Assembly: GCA_951406725.2 (NCBI GenBank)
Contig: OX597824.1
Coordinates: 24,304,001 to 24,368,000, forward strand
Reading direction: 5' to 3'
DNA length: 64,000 nt
DNA from: Octopus vulgaris
Lineage: Eukaryota
The notes beneath the pieces were generated by a model. That model did no database searches. It saw only the letters and a list, made by a program, of their open reading frames with translations, and was not told where the DNA came from. Position numbers and translations under genes: made by a program. Positions 26,522 through 39,550 of this stretch are shown one piece after another (position 1 is the first letter of the stretch; every line of letters begins with the position of its first letter).

Positions 26522-27175
26522 GTGGAACTTCTTTCCACTCTTCTTTGTCCGAGTCAGACTCAGCGAAGGGGTAACTCTGTTGGGTCGGTGCCTGTTGGTG
26601 CTCCCTTTCAGGTTGTTTTACTGTTGCTTTTTTTCTTTTGCTGTTGTTGTTTCTGCTGTACTTTTTCTTGTAGTAATCTCTGCTGTGTTTTCCGCAGCCA
26701 GTCTTGTTGCTGTGTTTGCTATTCCTTCCATTGGTGATGATGATGATGTTGTTGTTTTCTCTGATCTTATTTTTGCTGTATCTTCTATACTTAGTGTTGC
26801 GGTTGTTGTTTTGGGTGGAGGTGATGTGGCTTCTACTGTAGTTTGCTTCTGCTGCTGCCTTCTTCTTCTTCATCATCTTCTTCTTCTTTTTCTTCTTCCA
26901 ATCAGGACTCACGCCATTAGCCACAAAGAATAATCTCTAATTCGATCCTACTCTAAGCTACTACGAATGCGTGCGGCAACTTGAAGATCCACCCACCACA
27001 CGCGATAGACTGGCGGTTAGACGGGTGCGAAAGCTACGTTGTTATCCTCATTCCGTAAACGGTGGCTTTTAACGGGTGGAGAGCTGAACCATCCTGGGGT
27101 ACAGAGGATTCGCAATCTAGATTAGGGTCTGAAAGTTTACCACACCACAGTGGGTTACACCAGGGTTCCTCTGCT
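26522..27175 (-). mobile_element. Possible 5' UTR plus N-terminus of a retroelement ORF1 (frameshifted)
   Basis: GC-richer leader, then ATG at 26924 (MANGVSPDWKKKKK..), a Thr/Ser-rich stretch in another frame, and ..ESDSDKEEWKEVP; no catalytic motif. Confidence 0.3.
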
Positions 27176-27179
27176 TTAT

Positions 27180-27370
27180 GGAAGAAGTAGGAAGAAAGAG
27201 TGAAAATTGTGGTGAAAGAGTACAGCAGGGTTCACCACCACCCCTCCGCCGGAGTCTCGTGAAGCTTAGGTGTTTCTGCTCAATAAACACTCACAATGCC
27301 CGGTCTGGGAATCGAAGCCGCGTTCTTACGACCGCGAGTCCGCTGCCCTAACCACTGGGCCATTGCGCCG
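27180..27370 (-). mobile_element. SINE family R, 5' part
   Basis: Reverse complement of the 17711 head. Confidence 0.8.
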
Positions 27371-27713
27371 CCAATGCTGTTGTTGGTAGGAAGAGGGGGA
27401 AAGATTCTTTCGTACTGCCTAAGTTGAAGTGGAGGGGGTGTTGCTTTCTCCATGGCTGGAGGCCATGTTTGTGCTAAGAGTAAGTAATCGTGTGTTATAC
27501 ACGATTGAATACAAGATAGAAATTCACCCCCAAAATGGCGAATTTGTACGGTCAAAGAAAACATCCCTCGCCAAGTGGATTTAGTTTTGAAGACTGAAAA
27601 GGTGCAAAATAAAATTTTCACAAGGTTTGTGAAACAAAAAAAAACATAATTCAGGGGCGCAAGTAAACAAGTCCGTTCGGCAATGAAGGGAGATCTCAAT
27701 ATATATGAATATA

Positions 27714-27769
<56 letters not shown>

Positions 27770-28260
27770 TTTGTGTCTGTGTTTGACTAGTGCTGGTGTG
27801 CTTACATCCACATAACTTAGTGGTTCGGCAAAAGACACCGATAGAGTAAGTACGGTGCTTTAAAACAAAGAATAAATACTGGGATCGATACATTCGACTA
27901 AAATCCAAGGCAGTGCTCCAGCATGACCGCAGTGAAATGACTGAAACAAGTAAAGGATAAAAGTTTAAAATATATATATACTTATAATTAAATATTCTTA
28001 GGAATTGTATACAAAACTTGTTAAGATATTTTGTGTATTAAAATTTTATTGCACATAAACTTTAACAGCAAAATCTTATATGGGCCCTTCAAGGGCCATA
28101 AGGATCCCGGTTGAGAACCACTGCACGAGAGCAACGTGAAATGAAGTGTTTTGCTTAGGAACATTCGCAACGCCGGTACGGGAATCGAAACCACTATCTT
28201 GCGACAGTGAATGCAACACTTAACCACTATGCTACGCACTTTAACGACTAGCGGTTAGAG

Positions 28261-29365
28261 CAGGAGTCGCCGAACTTTTTCGACCATCGACCCCCTTTAG
28301 CCACTTCTCCTTCGGCATCGATCACCCTCTTCATTCAAAATACCTTAATACCTTACGCTACCGGAGCATAGTGAAGGCGCATGACTCAGTGGTTAGAGCG
28401 TCGAGCTTACGATCGTGAGGTTGTGAGTTCGATTTCCTGACCGAGTAGCGTGCTGTGTTCTTGAGTAAGACACTTTATTTCACGTTGCTCCGGTTCACTC
28501 ATCTGTAGAAATGAGTTGCGACGTCACTTGTGCCAAGCTGTATCAGCCGTTGCCTTTCCCTTGGAAAACATCGGTGGCCTGGAGAGGAGAGGCTGGTATG
28601 CATGGGTGTTCTACTAGTCTCCTATAAACAAACTTACCCGGACTTGTGCCTCAGGAGGGGAACTTTCTAGGTGCAATCCCATGGTCATTTATGACCGAAG
28701 TGGGTATTTACCCTTTACCCTCACCGAACCTTATCTTAAATGCGTACCGGGTACTGATGCTAGCAATTAAAATGTTAGCTAAAACATACATGTACGACAA
28801 ATTAAGAAATTCTATTGAAGATGATTCACTTTTTACATTTAAAATTACGGGTATCAGTACACAGTATTAAACTTGCAATTTTTACGAAATTGTTTTCACG
28901 GTTAGAAAATGTGAAAAATGCATCATATTGCTGGAATAACTTTTATTGAAATTGACAGCATTAAAGTGAGAGATGAACAATGATGATCCTGAATCAAGAC
29001 ATTGATATCAGGCTGAATGTTGATCGGTTTCAGTCTCAAATCACCTCGTTCCTCTAGGTTCAGGCAATTTCTATAAGCAAACACTTGACAGTCCGCATTC
29101 CCTCAATCACACCTCTCAGTCTTCGATTTTGATACAGATTACGACATCAGGCTTCGAACGTTAGCAACAACAGACTTTTCGCTGCAGTGAAAATTTAATA
29201 TTTTTTCCCACGTTTCATGGCGCTGACTATATAATTCAAACGGTTCATCTGGGTGAACTGGTCTTTCACAGCCCGACAACCATTCGACCCCTTGGCTATC
29301 CTCGACGACCTGTAATTGCTCACCGACCCCTAGGGAGTCCGTCAGACCTCCTTTGGCGACCCCTG
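28261..29365 (-). mobile_element. Internally deleted hAT (Buster/Charlie-type) transposon with a nested SINE
   Basis: TIRs caggagtcgccgaa / tttggcgacccctg; TSD ggttagag / tgttagag (7/8); minus ~28960-29080 encodes AYRNCLNLEERGDLRLKPINIQPDI, resembling a Buster transposase C-terminus. Confidence 0.8.
28371..28720 (+). mobile_element. tRNA-derived CORE-type SINE
   Basis: A-box cagtggttagagcg, B-box gagttcgattt, CORE-like gtgttcttgagtaagacacttt..cactcatctgtagaaatgagt; second copy at 31090. Confidence 0.75.
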
Positions 29366-30066
29366 TGTTAGAGCTAATCAGCAAATATGAATTCCATTCA
29401 GAAATATACTCCCTCGAATTAATGGTACATACTAAGTATATTTTGGTTGTCTTCCTGTGGGGAATATGTTTAAATTTTGAAAAGAAGGGAAAGAAGTTTC
29501 GAGGATGTTTGGTTATTAATACCTGACGGGTATCTAAGGACGGCGAGCTGGCATAGAAGGGTGGCGAGCTGGCAGAATTGTTAGCACGCTGCGCAAAATA
29601 ATTAACGGCATTTCGTCCGTCTCTACGCTCTGAGTTCAAATTCCGACGAGGTCGACTTTGTTTTCATTCTCTTCGGAGTCTATAAATAAGCACCAGTTGA
29701 GCGCTGGGGTCGACTTAATCGACTTGGCCAATCCCCTAAAACTACTGGCCTTGTGCTTGTTATGCAAAGTAATATCTAGCTGGTAACTTATACGCTCTTT
29801 GGACGTATTTGTCCTGATTCTTTGCGCTCTGGGTTCAAGTCCCAAAAGAGATCGACATCTACAGTCTCTTTCTCTCTCTCTCTCTCTGTCTCTTTCTGTC
29901 TCTCTCTCTCTCTCTCTCTCACTCACTCTCTCATTCACTCTACTTTGCAGCATTCACCTCGGCTATTCACGCTTTGAGTTCGATTTCCTACGAAGTAAGC
30001 TTTGCTTTTCATTCTTTCCTGGACCGATAACTAAGGTACCTGCCCAGTATTATAGTCGATCGAGCC

Positions 30067-30120
<54 letters not shown>

Positions 30121-30232
30121 CCTCTTTATCTCTCCCTCTTTCTCTCCCTCTCCCTCTCTCTCTTTCTCTCTCTCTTTCTCTCTTTCTCTCTCCCTCTTTC
30201 TCTCTCTCCCTCTCTCTCTTTCTCTCACTCTT

Positions 30233-30263
<31 letters not shown>

Positions 30264-30322
30264 CACACTCATTCAGTCGGGCGCGCTTTCTCGGTCCCTC
30301 TCTCTTTCCATCTCTTTCTCTC

Positions 30323-30364
<42 letters not shown>

Positions 30365-30530
30365 CTTTCTCTAAGACAAGATTTAAAATTCAACCGTTAA
30401 AAAAAATAATAAATATGTCTCGATTCTTGAACTTGATAACACATTTCCTATCTCGGTTTGACCGTCTGTCTGTCTGACTATTAATCTGTGTATGTACTTA
30501 ATTTCGTGGAAACCAAATATTTGTTATTAA

Positions 30531-30630
30531 NNNNNNNNNNNNNNNNNNNNNNNNNNNNNNNNNNNNNNNNNNNNNNNNNNNNNNNNNNNNNNNNNNNNNN
30601 NNNNNNNNNNNNNNNNNNNNNNNNNNNNNN
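30531..30630. other. Assembly gap (100 N)
   Basis: Run of N. Confidence 1.
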
Positions 30631-30678
30631 AGATAACACATCATGCATTGTTGTTATTATTGCTGTTGTTGTTGTTAA

Positions 30679-31060
30679 GGCCGCGAGCTGGCAGAATCGT
30701 TAGCACGCGGGGCAAAATGCTTTAGTGGTATTTCGCACGTCGCTACTTTCTGAGTTCAAATTCCGCCGAGGTAGACTTTGCCTTTCATCTTTTCGAGGTC
30801 GATTAAATAAGTACCACTGGGATCGATGTAATCGACTTAATCCGTTCGTCTGTCTTTGTTTGTCCCCTCTGTGTTTAGCCCCTTGTAGGTAGTAAAGAAA
30901 TATGTATTTCGCCCGTCGCTACGTTCTGGATTCAAATTCCGCCTTTCATCCTTTCGGGATCGATAAATTTGAGAACCAGTGAAACACTGGGGTTGATGCA
31001 ATCGACTCATCCCCACCCATCAAATTTCAGCCCTTGCGCTTTCAGTATAAAGGGTTATTA
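30679..31060 (+). mobile_element. SINE family M dimer
   Basis: Head plus two body units. Confidence 0.8.
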
Positions 31061-31089
31061 TTTTTGTTGTTAAAGTTATTGTTGTTGCT

Positions 31090-31410
31090 AACGAGAGCGT
31101 CGGGATCACAATCACGAGGTTTTAAATTCGATTCCCGAACCGAGTTGTGTGTTGTGTTCTTGAGCAAGATACACACGTTGCTTCGTTTCACTCAGCTGTA
31201 AAAATGAGCTGCGACGTCACTGGCGCCAAGCTGTATCGGCCTTTGCCTTTCCCTTGGATAACATCAGTGGTGTGGAGAGGCGAGGCTGGTATGAATGAGC
31301 GATTACTGGTCTTCCATAAACAACCTTATCCGGACTCGTGCCTAGGAGGGAAACTTTTTTAGGTGCAATCCCATGGTTTTTCATGACCGAAAGAGGTCTT
31401 TACCCTTTAC
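31090..31410 (+). mobile_element. CORE-type SINE
   Basis: Colinear with 28371-28720. Confidence 0.75.
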
Positions 31411-31861
31411 TCTATTTAATTACAGTCCACCCCTACACATGATGGTTCTCCATCGGTTTAGGATGATTATTCAATTGATCAATCGACCGCACTCTTTTGC
31501 TCATTTAACGAGCACCCCTATTGTGCAGGGGTTACAACGTACCCTACAGGTATGGGTGCTTTTTACATCTAGCCCCTTCCCCAAGCAGTATCAAAGTAAT
31601 ACTGCATTTATTATCACAGAGACGTAGCTAGAGGGAGGTCTCATCCATCCTTGAGTCAGTCCCACACCATCCTTCCCGAAGACCAATACAGCTTACGCTG
31701 GGTTTTACAGTAGAACCAAAAGTACCGACCCCATACAAGCGTCACCCCCAGTAGACCACCCCTTTGCTACTAATCTTGCCTCTCCTGCACCCACAGCACA
31801 AACACATAGACACACACAGTAAAACTTATATAAATGCATAATACATACATACCTATATATA

Positions 31862-31897
<36 letters not shown>

Positions 31898-31982
31898 TGT
31901 ATGTATGTATGTATGTATGTATGTATGTATGTATGTATGTGTGTATTATGTATGTATTTATGTATGTATGTGTGTGTGTGTG

Positions 31983-32034
<52 letters not shown>

Positions 32035-33641
32035 CTCAACGGGCTTCCACGGTTTCCGTCAACCAAATTTACTTCTAAGGAATAGTTCGGCCTTCAGCTG
32101 TAGGAGTCGAGACGCTTTCTCAAGATGACACGCACTGGAAGTGAAACCGAAACCACGTCGTTGCAAAGCCAGCAGCTAAACCACACAGCCATTCTCAGAC
32201 CTATATGCCTTCTTTTTTTTTTTACTTTTCCCTTTTTTTTTTTATTTCAGAAGTGATTGGGAAAGATATGACTGCTATTTCTAACAGGTCGAGTCGAAGA
32301 ACCATGTAAAGGCTCTCCTTCGCTCTCTTTCTCTCTCTCCCTCTCCCTCTCTCTCTCTCTATTTATCTATCTCTGTATCTATTTTCTCTATCTTTCTATC
32401 TCGCTTTCTCTTCCCCTCTCTCCCACTGTCTCTCCTTCGCTCTCGCCTCTCTCCTCTCTCCTCAAACAAACAAACTCATTATGATATCCGGCGACAATTC
32501 CAAGAATCCAAGTCACAGAGTTCTTGTAAATTAGATTAATACCAGTGCTATCTGCCGCCATAGCCCACTCAAGTGACACTTGAGTGAACTATAATGAAAG
32601 ATCTCACCGCTATCCAACACTCAAGTGACACTTCACATATGTCCTTACATGAGACATTTAATCTGTACTATGTCTATATATTCTTATGTATAGAGTGGTG
32701 ATTGTTATTTATTTTTAATATATTGTTAGTATTTTGTTTATATTTATCATTTATCCTTCGCTTATTTCAGTTATTGGACGCCGGCCATGCTGGGGCTCCA
32801 CTTTGGAAGTTTTTTTTTTCTTTTAGCTGTACAAATCGACCGCAGTATTTTTATATTTTTCAAGTCTGGTATTTATTCTATCGTTCCCTTTTGCCGAACT
32901 GATAGGTTACAGAGACGTAAACAAATCATATATATGTATGTATGTATGCATGTATGTATGCATGCATGTATGTATGTATGTATGTATGTATGTATGTATG
33001 TATGTATGTATGTATGTATGTATGTATGTATGTATGTATGCATGTATGCATGCATGTATGTATGTATGAATGCATGCATGTATGTATGTATGTATGTATG
33101 TAAGTATGTATGCATGTATGCATGCATGTATGTATGTGCGTGTGTATGTATGTGTGTATGTATGTATGTATGTATGCATGCATGTATGTATGTATGCATG
33201 TATGCATGTATGTATGTGTGTGTGTATGTATGTGTGTGTATGTATGTATGTATGTATGTATGTATGTATGTATGCATGTATGCATGCATGTATGTATGTG
33301 TGTGTGTATGTATGTGTGTATGTATGTATGTATGTATGCATGTATGTAAGTATGTATGCATGTATGCATGCATGCATGTATGTATGTATGTATGTGTGTA
33401 TATGTATGAATGTATGTATGTATGTATGTATGTATGTATGTATGTATGTATGTATGTATGTATGTATGTATGTATGTATGTATGTATGTATGTATGTATG
33501 TATGTATGTATGTATACGTATGTATGTATGTATGTAGGTATGTACCTATGCATGCATGCATCGCCATAGATTGACCGCTAAATCCACAAGATTTTTTATT
33601 CTCTCTCTTTTTATTCTCTCCCTGTTTATTTTCTTGTGTTC

Positions 33642-33677
33642 CTTTCTGTTGAAGAGCGTAGGCTCGAAACATCAAAG
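33642..33677 (+). ncRNA. Hammerhead motif, family A (A6U core)
   Basis: CUUU-CUGUUGA-A-GAGC(GUAG)GCUC-GAAAC-AUC|AAAG in repeat ~33560-33770. Confidence 0.5.
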
Positions 33678-33904
33678 ACTTTCTCACCTTCTCGAGCGTT
33701 AATCTAATACATCAGCTTGTTGCTTATACACCTGTCTTCGTCTTCTGTTTCTCTGTAAATTTCAACTATGTATGTATGCATGTGTGTGTGTATATAAATA
33801 AATATGTGTGTGGGTGTATGTGTTTATGTGTTTGTGCGTGTGGTTTTTGCTAAGCAGCGTCGATATTTACAATTCTGTAAATAATAATAATGATAATAAT
33901 AATA

Positions 33905-33937
<33 letters not shown>

Positions 33938-33961
33938 ATAATAATAATAATAATAATAATT

Positions 33962-34166
33962 TATAAGCCTGAAGCTCATAAGCGAACACCGTGTAATGAC
34001 TAAAGAAAATAGTCTAATATTGGGGCATATAGGCCCTAGACGGAAAAAAAAGGGTTTCTGTTCGCATGGGAAGCCCTCCTTTTTTTCCATCGTGGGCTTA
34101 TGTGTCACAATATCAAACTATTTTTTTAGTGATAACACAGTAATCGCTTATAAGCTTTAAGCTTAT
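33962..34166. repeat. Diverged fold-back element (~93-bp inverted arms)
   Basis: 33962-34054 vs reverse complement 34074-34166; homologous arms at ~46240-46330 and ~46895-46960. Confidence 0.65.
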
Positions 34167-34181
34167 AATATATATGTATAT

Positions 34182-34244
<63 letters not shown>

Positions 34245-34477
34245 CATACATACATACATACATACATACATACATACATACATACATACATACATACATA
34301 CATACATACATACATACATACATACATACATACATGCTCATTCTACATTGAGAGAAGGACGGGATGGACGCTTCATTTTTGTGCTGGTACAGCATTATGT
34401 CGTACGCGACTGAGAGGATTTGCATCCCCAACGTAGAATTTTTGATGTAATACATGTCCTTGAAGCAGTAATTGTGC

Positions 34478-34555
34478 GCGGCTGAAGAAGGCCACAGACA
34501 CACATTATGCATTGTTATAAATCCGTCTAATAATGGCCCGAAACATATGTACCGC
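34478..34555 (+). ncRNA. Type-I hammerhead ribozyme, canonical core
   Basis: GCGG-CUGAAGA-A-GGCCA...UGGCC-C-GAAAC-AUAU-GUA|CCGC; homolog at 58116-58202. Confidence 0.8.
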
Positions 34556-34603
34556 TGAATCCTTGGCATCATGCTTTTATTTTGATAATTTTACATACAT
34601 AGT

Positions 34604-34640
<37 letters not shown>

Positions 34641-34756
34641 GGATAGATGGATGGATGGATGGATGGATGGATGGATGGATGGATGGATGGATCGATCGAT
34701 AGATGGATCGATGGATCGATAGATCGATGGATGGATGGATGGATGGATGGATGGAT

Positions 34757-35760
34757 ATGTTTCAGTTCTAAGTTCGTTTACGATACAGTGAGTCCAAAAC
34801 GGTGATATGTATTGGTGAAATTATTGACAGCTTGTCGCAGTTCTAAGCATGAGTGACTGAGATTCACGTTGTCGTCGGCGTACCGAAGTTCTGAGATTCG
34901 CTTGATAGTGGTGAGGTTCTTTCGCCGAAACTTCACCAGGTTGAAGAGTCCTCCATCAAAAGAATATCTGATATCCCCTCCTGGCTGACCTGGGAGAAGT
35001 TCCTAGATCATTGCAGCAAGCTAAAGGGAGAAAAGCATAGGGGCGAGAATATAACCTTGTTTCGATCCACATGTAACTGGGAAGTCTCCAGATAGTCGAT
35101 CATGATGAAAAACATGTCCATTCACACTATCGTACAGGCCTTGGATCAGGGAGGCGAAATTATTTGGACATCAGTAAAGATCAAGGACCATCCACATAGT
35201 TGGTCTCGGAAACGTCCCCTTCAGTTTTAAGGCGGCGAGCCGGCAGAAACGTTAGCACGCTGGGCGAAATGCTTAGCGGTATCTCGTCTGCCGCTACGTT
35301 CTGAGTTCAAATTCCGTCGAGGTCGACTTTGCCTTTCATCCTTTCGGGGTCGATAAATTAAGTACTAGTTACGCACTGGGGTCGATATAATCGACTTAAT
35401 CCGTTTGTCTGTCCTTGTTTGTCCTCTCTGTGTTTAGCCCCTTGTGGGCAGAAAAGAAATAGGTACATTGTCAAAGCCTTTTCCTGATTATAGAAGACAA
35501 AGGAAAGAAGTTTTTGTTCTTCTCGACATTTCTCTTTGATTCGTCTGGTACAGAAAACTACGTATATGGTTCCACACGGGGATTTTGGAAGAACTCTTTC
35601 TGTAACCACCTGGAGATGGTCCAAAGATATTCTAGCAAAATATCTTTCCTACAATAATATGTAGCGAGATTCCACGGTAGTTTCTGCAAAATTTTTCTAT
35701 TTCCTTTCTCGAATATACAGATCGTGGAGCGTCTTTCCGATCATTTGAGACCTGACGTGC
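34757..35760 (-). mobile_element. RTE-clade LINE reverse transcriptase fragment, disrupted and split by a SINE
   Basis: CRNYRGISL..VGKIF..KEKCREEQK..KAFDNV / FPVTCGSKQGYILAPMLF..DGGLFNL..ELRYADD..FGLTVS; several stops. Confidence 0.9.
35231..35462 (+). mobile_element. SINE family M nested in the RTE fragment
   Basis: Full head, body and tail. Confidence 0.9.
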
Positions 35761-36255
35761 TATAAATAATAGTGAATAAATAAATAAATAAATAGCGATC
35801 GTAATTTCAATTCCTAGACCGGGCGGTGCATCGTGTTCTTGAGCAAAACACCTCGCCTGATGTTGCTGTATAATCAGTTCGACAGGTGACGCGTCGCACA
35901 CCGTGCACCTGTTCACATAACGTCGATTTGCTGGAAAGAGTGAGCTAAATGTGCGGCATGAACATTTGATCACTATAAACAAATCAATTTTTCATCATAT
36001 ATATATATATACTTAATTATATCAAAGGGAAATGGAAATCAATTAAAATTTTCATTTCCAGTGACCTAAAGTGTAAAAATTTAGTCCAAAGACTATGTAT
36101 TAGTCATAACATACAGTGTACCTTTAAACGCATAAGGAATCCACTCGTGGGATTCAACATGCTAGAAAGAACAGCTAGGTTCTGTAACCACAAAATTAGG
36201 GATAAAATTCGACAGGAACGAAATGAAAAAATAAAAACATTTTACCATCAAGTTT

Positions 36256-36332
36256 CCTTGACCAATTGGTTTCTGAAATTAGTTTAGCAAGTAAATAGCA
36301 TTTACTCGCGAGGTGAAATCGTCTTCAACAGG
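36256..36332 (-). ncRNA. Diverged hammerhead motif, same family as 24446
   Basis: CCUG-UUGAAGA...GAAAC-CAAUUG-GUC|AAGG; inner hairpin GCGAGUAAAU/AUUUACUUGC; flank 36110-36250 homologous to the 24340-24640 element. Confidence 0.55.
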
Positions 36333-36340
36333 TATATATG

Positions 36341-36443
<103 letters not shown>

Positions 36444-36450
36444 ATATATG

Positions 36451-36519
<69 letters not shown>

Positions 36520-36534
36520 GGTCATTAACATACA

Positions 36535-37560
36535 TCGGACCTTAAAAAAACAACGACATAAACATCAAATTCGAGATTGAACATCTAGACGAGTCCTGAA
36601 ACCTCTCTCTACTCGACTTTCAACTCAGGATCACAGGGGAGGGTTCCATGGATACCAACCTCTACAGAAAAGCCGCTAGCAGAAAACTTTTCGTCCACTA
36701 CCAATCAGTCTTCCGCATCAGAGCCAAAGCTGCATACCTGAGAAACTAGATTACACGTACAAACAATAATTGCAGTAAAGTGACCGACAAAGCCATCAAC
36801 ACCGAGCAGTTCCTCAGGGACCTAACCCTGAATGGCTACTCACCGTCTTTAGCCAAACAACAGCGCCTGAAAAAGTGAGGGTCAATAAAACCCGGAAGAA
36901 CCCTCGTATTCCCAAGTCTGGCACGTGCTTCCTAAAGCTACCACATTTTGACGACAGGACTCTTGCAGCGATACAACGCACAGACCGCAGGGGAGGACTC
37001 GATATACAGATAGTGCATACCAGCCCATCCCTGAGAAAATCTCTGTCCGCGAGCAATACCTTTCACTACTTCGAAGAATGCACATTATCGAACTGCCCCA
37101 TCAATGAACCTGAAATGTGCCAGAGGACCTATGTTGTATACGAGATCACCTGTGGAAAATATGGCGCATTCTACATAGGAAGCACAACAAGAACACTGCA
37201 TATACGCATAAAGGAGTAGACACTTCCGTGAAAAAACATCTACGGAAACGCCAAACCCGGGACTTCACAATGCACATTAGGGCAACACAGTGCAACAGGG
37301 GCAACCTTAGAATCTCCGAGCTATCCTCATATGCCAAAGAAAACCAACCATCAACAACAGAAGAGAGTTGCAGGAGCTAGCTGGTTGCTATGGCAACAAA
37401 TTTCCGCGCATGCCCACTCCACACACACTTACACACATCTGCAACATTCGTTAATTTCTTGTGGATGGGGTCATAACCCCCGAAATATTGAATGCCAAGT
37501 AAGTCTACATTAATTCACATATTTTGCCTTGCTTTTACTTCGCATTGTTCTGGCCTTACC
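36535..37560 (+). mobile_element. Penelope-like element remnant: RT thumb plus GIY-YIG endonuclease, disrupted
   Basis: [36 protein letters not shown], then CTLSNCP..CQRTYVVYEITCGKYGAFYIGSTTRTLHIRIKE; in-frame stops. Confidence 0.9.
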
Positions 37561-37690
37561 CACAATTCTTTATACAATATATATATATATGTATAGTTAC
37601 TCCAAACATGAACAAAGAGAAAACACAACGCGAGGACGTGGAACAAGTATAGTATTACTGGACGCTTAGGAAAGAAAAGAAAGAAGGAGG

Positions 37691-37725
37691 ATTCAACGTT
37701 TCGAGCGGAGCTCTTCATCAGAAAC
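37691..37725 (-). ncRNA. Minimal hammerhead, family B (element ~37595-37800, (TA)n-flanked)
   Basis: GUUU-CUGAUGA-A-GAGC(UCC)GCUC-GAAAC-GUU|GAAU; helix III palindrome AACGUU. Confidence 0.7.
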
Positions 37726-37796
37726 ATATAAAAAGGAAAGGTCCAAAGAGGGAAGACGAAGACGGAGAAAGAAAATCGCCAACGATACACACGCGG

Positions 37797-37837
<41 letters not shown>

Positions 37838-37855
37838 TAAGCACCTGTTTATACC

Positions 37856-37890
<35 letters not shown>

Positions 37891-37895
<5 letters not shown>

Positions 37896-37959
37896 TGATC
37901 AAAATAAAATAAAAACATGATCCTTCGCATCATGTTTTTATTTTATTTTGATCAATTTA
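37891..37959. repeat. Perfect 31-bp inverted repeat with a 7-nt loop inside (TA)n
   Basis: taaattgatcaaaataaaataaaaacatgat-ccttcgc-atcatgtttttattttattttgatcaattta. Confidence 0.95.
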
Positions 37960-38347
37960 TATATATATATATATATATATATACAGCAAAATCAACTCGC
38001 AAGGCATTGGACTACTGCAGGGCCACAGTGGAGGAGGCTTGCCCAAGATGAGGCGCTGTGGGTTTGAACCTATTTTATACCTTCGCGGATTTACTTTTGG
38101 GATGAACATGAGCTTTTCTATAAGTGATTATGATATCTCTGGTTAGTGAAAATGACACAAGTCCTAATTGACTAATCTCAGTACAGAATAAGTGCACGTG
38201 TCATGTTTCACGATATATCTCTCTAAGTATCATTATGGAATCGAATTTCGTTATGTTTAAGACTGAGCCTCAATATACTAGCATAATTGATAATCCGGTA
38301 CATCTCATGTGCTGTAGTTGCCACCTTAGCAGAATTCTACTATGTAC

Positions 38348-38378
<31 letters not shown>

Positions 38379-38526
38379 TGTATGTATGTATGTATGTATG
38401 TATGTATGCATGCATGCATGCATGTATGTATGTATGCATGCATGCATGCATGCATGCATGCATGCATGTATGTATGTATGTATGCATGCATGCATGGATG
38501 GATGGATGGATGGATGTGTGTGTATC

Positions 38527-38573
<47 letters not shown>

Positions 38574-38575
<2 letters not shown>

Positions 38576-39013
38576 CGAGGGGGTGTTGAAAAGTTCTTTG
38601 CTTTAAGGGAGACCCAAGCTAAAGAGTTCTATCTCAGGGCTTAGAAAAAGTGAAGAGCCGCTGCAGTAAGTTTGTGAATCTGAGAGGGGAATTTTTTTTT
38701 TTTTGTACTTGTTTCAGTCATTTGACTGTGGCCATGCTGCAGCACCGCCTTTTAGAGTGGTGAAAGAGTACAGCAGGGATCACCACCTCCTGCCGGAGCC
38801 TCGTGGAGCTTTTAGGTGTTTTTTTCGCTCAATAAACACACACAACGCCCGGTCTGGGAATCGAAACCGCGATCCTCCGACCGCAAGTCCGCTGCCCTAA
38901 CCACTAGGCCATTGCGCCTCCACTGTTGAATATGTTGAATAAAATCATAATTAACCGATCCTCCTGTATTTTCTTTTACTCAAAGCCAGGGACCTTTTAC
39001 CATCTACCTCGTA
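38574..39013 (+). mobile_element. Mariner deletion derivative with nested SINE fragments (~38700-38923)
   Basis: TA-flanked TIRs tacgagggggtgttgaaaagt / accttttaccatctacctcgta; QGLEKVKSRCSKFVNLRG..YVE* resembles a mariner transposase C-terminus. Confidence 0.75.
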
Positions 39014-39279
39014 TATTGCTGAATATGCTTTCATCACATATATAGAGAGTATATATACTATATATGAACAAACACAAAATATTAGTGGCACAGTGAAGAT
39101 CTATAAGATATTCCAGAGGTTCTTTATCTGAAATTCTTTAAATGAAAAGATGCGCACACTTCGTTGGGTGCATTGACAGTTCAACCCATACACAAACTCA
39201 ATCACATATTTACGAACACCGGTAACTCTTTTAACTCAATAAGTTTTGTCGCTTTATTAACGACCGGCTTGAACTGTCT

Positions 39280-39550
39280 TGTTTGTTCCTTCTCGAGCCG
39301 TGCCTGGCTCATAAGGGCCGGTTTCCCGGTTTCCCGGTTTCCTTGGCGTATAGGTGCCCCACCTGGACGGGAAGCCGCTCCGTCGCAGGTGAGCTGCAAG
39401 TTGCAGGAGGAAAGAGTGAGAGCAAGTTGTGGCGAAAGAGTCAGCAGAAGTTCGTCATTACCTTCTGCCGGAGCCGCGTGGAGTTTAGGTGTTTCGCTCA
39501 TAACACACACATCGCCCGGTCTGAGATTCGAACCCGCGATTCTTCGACTA
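39280..39550 (-). mobile_element. SINE with an R-type tRNA head and a V-domain-like segment
   Basis: B-box ggttcgaatc; cctgcgacggagcggcttcccgtccagg resembles the V-SINE domain; related scraps at ~17190 and ~45580. Confidence 0.55.
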
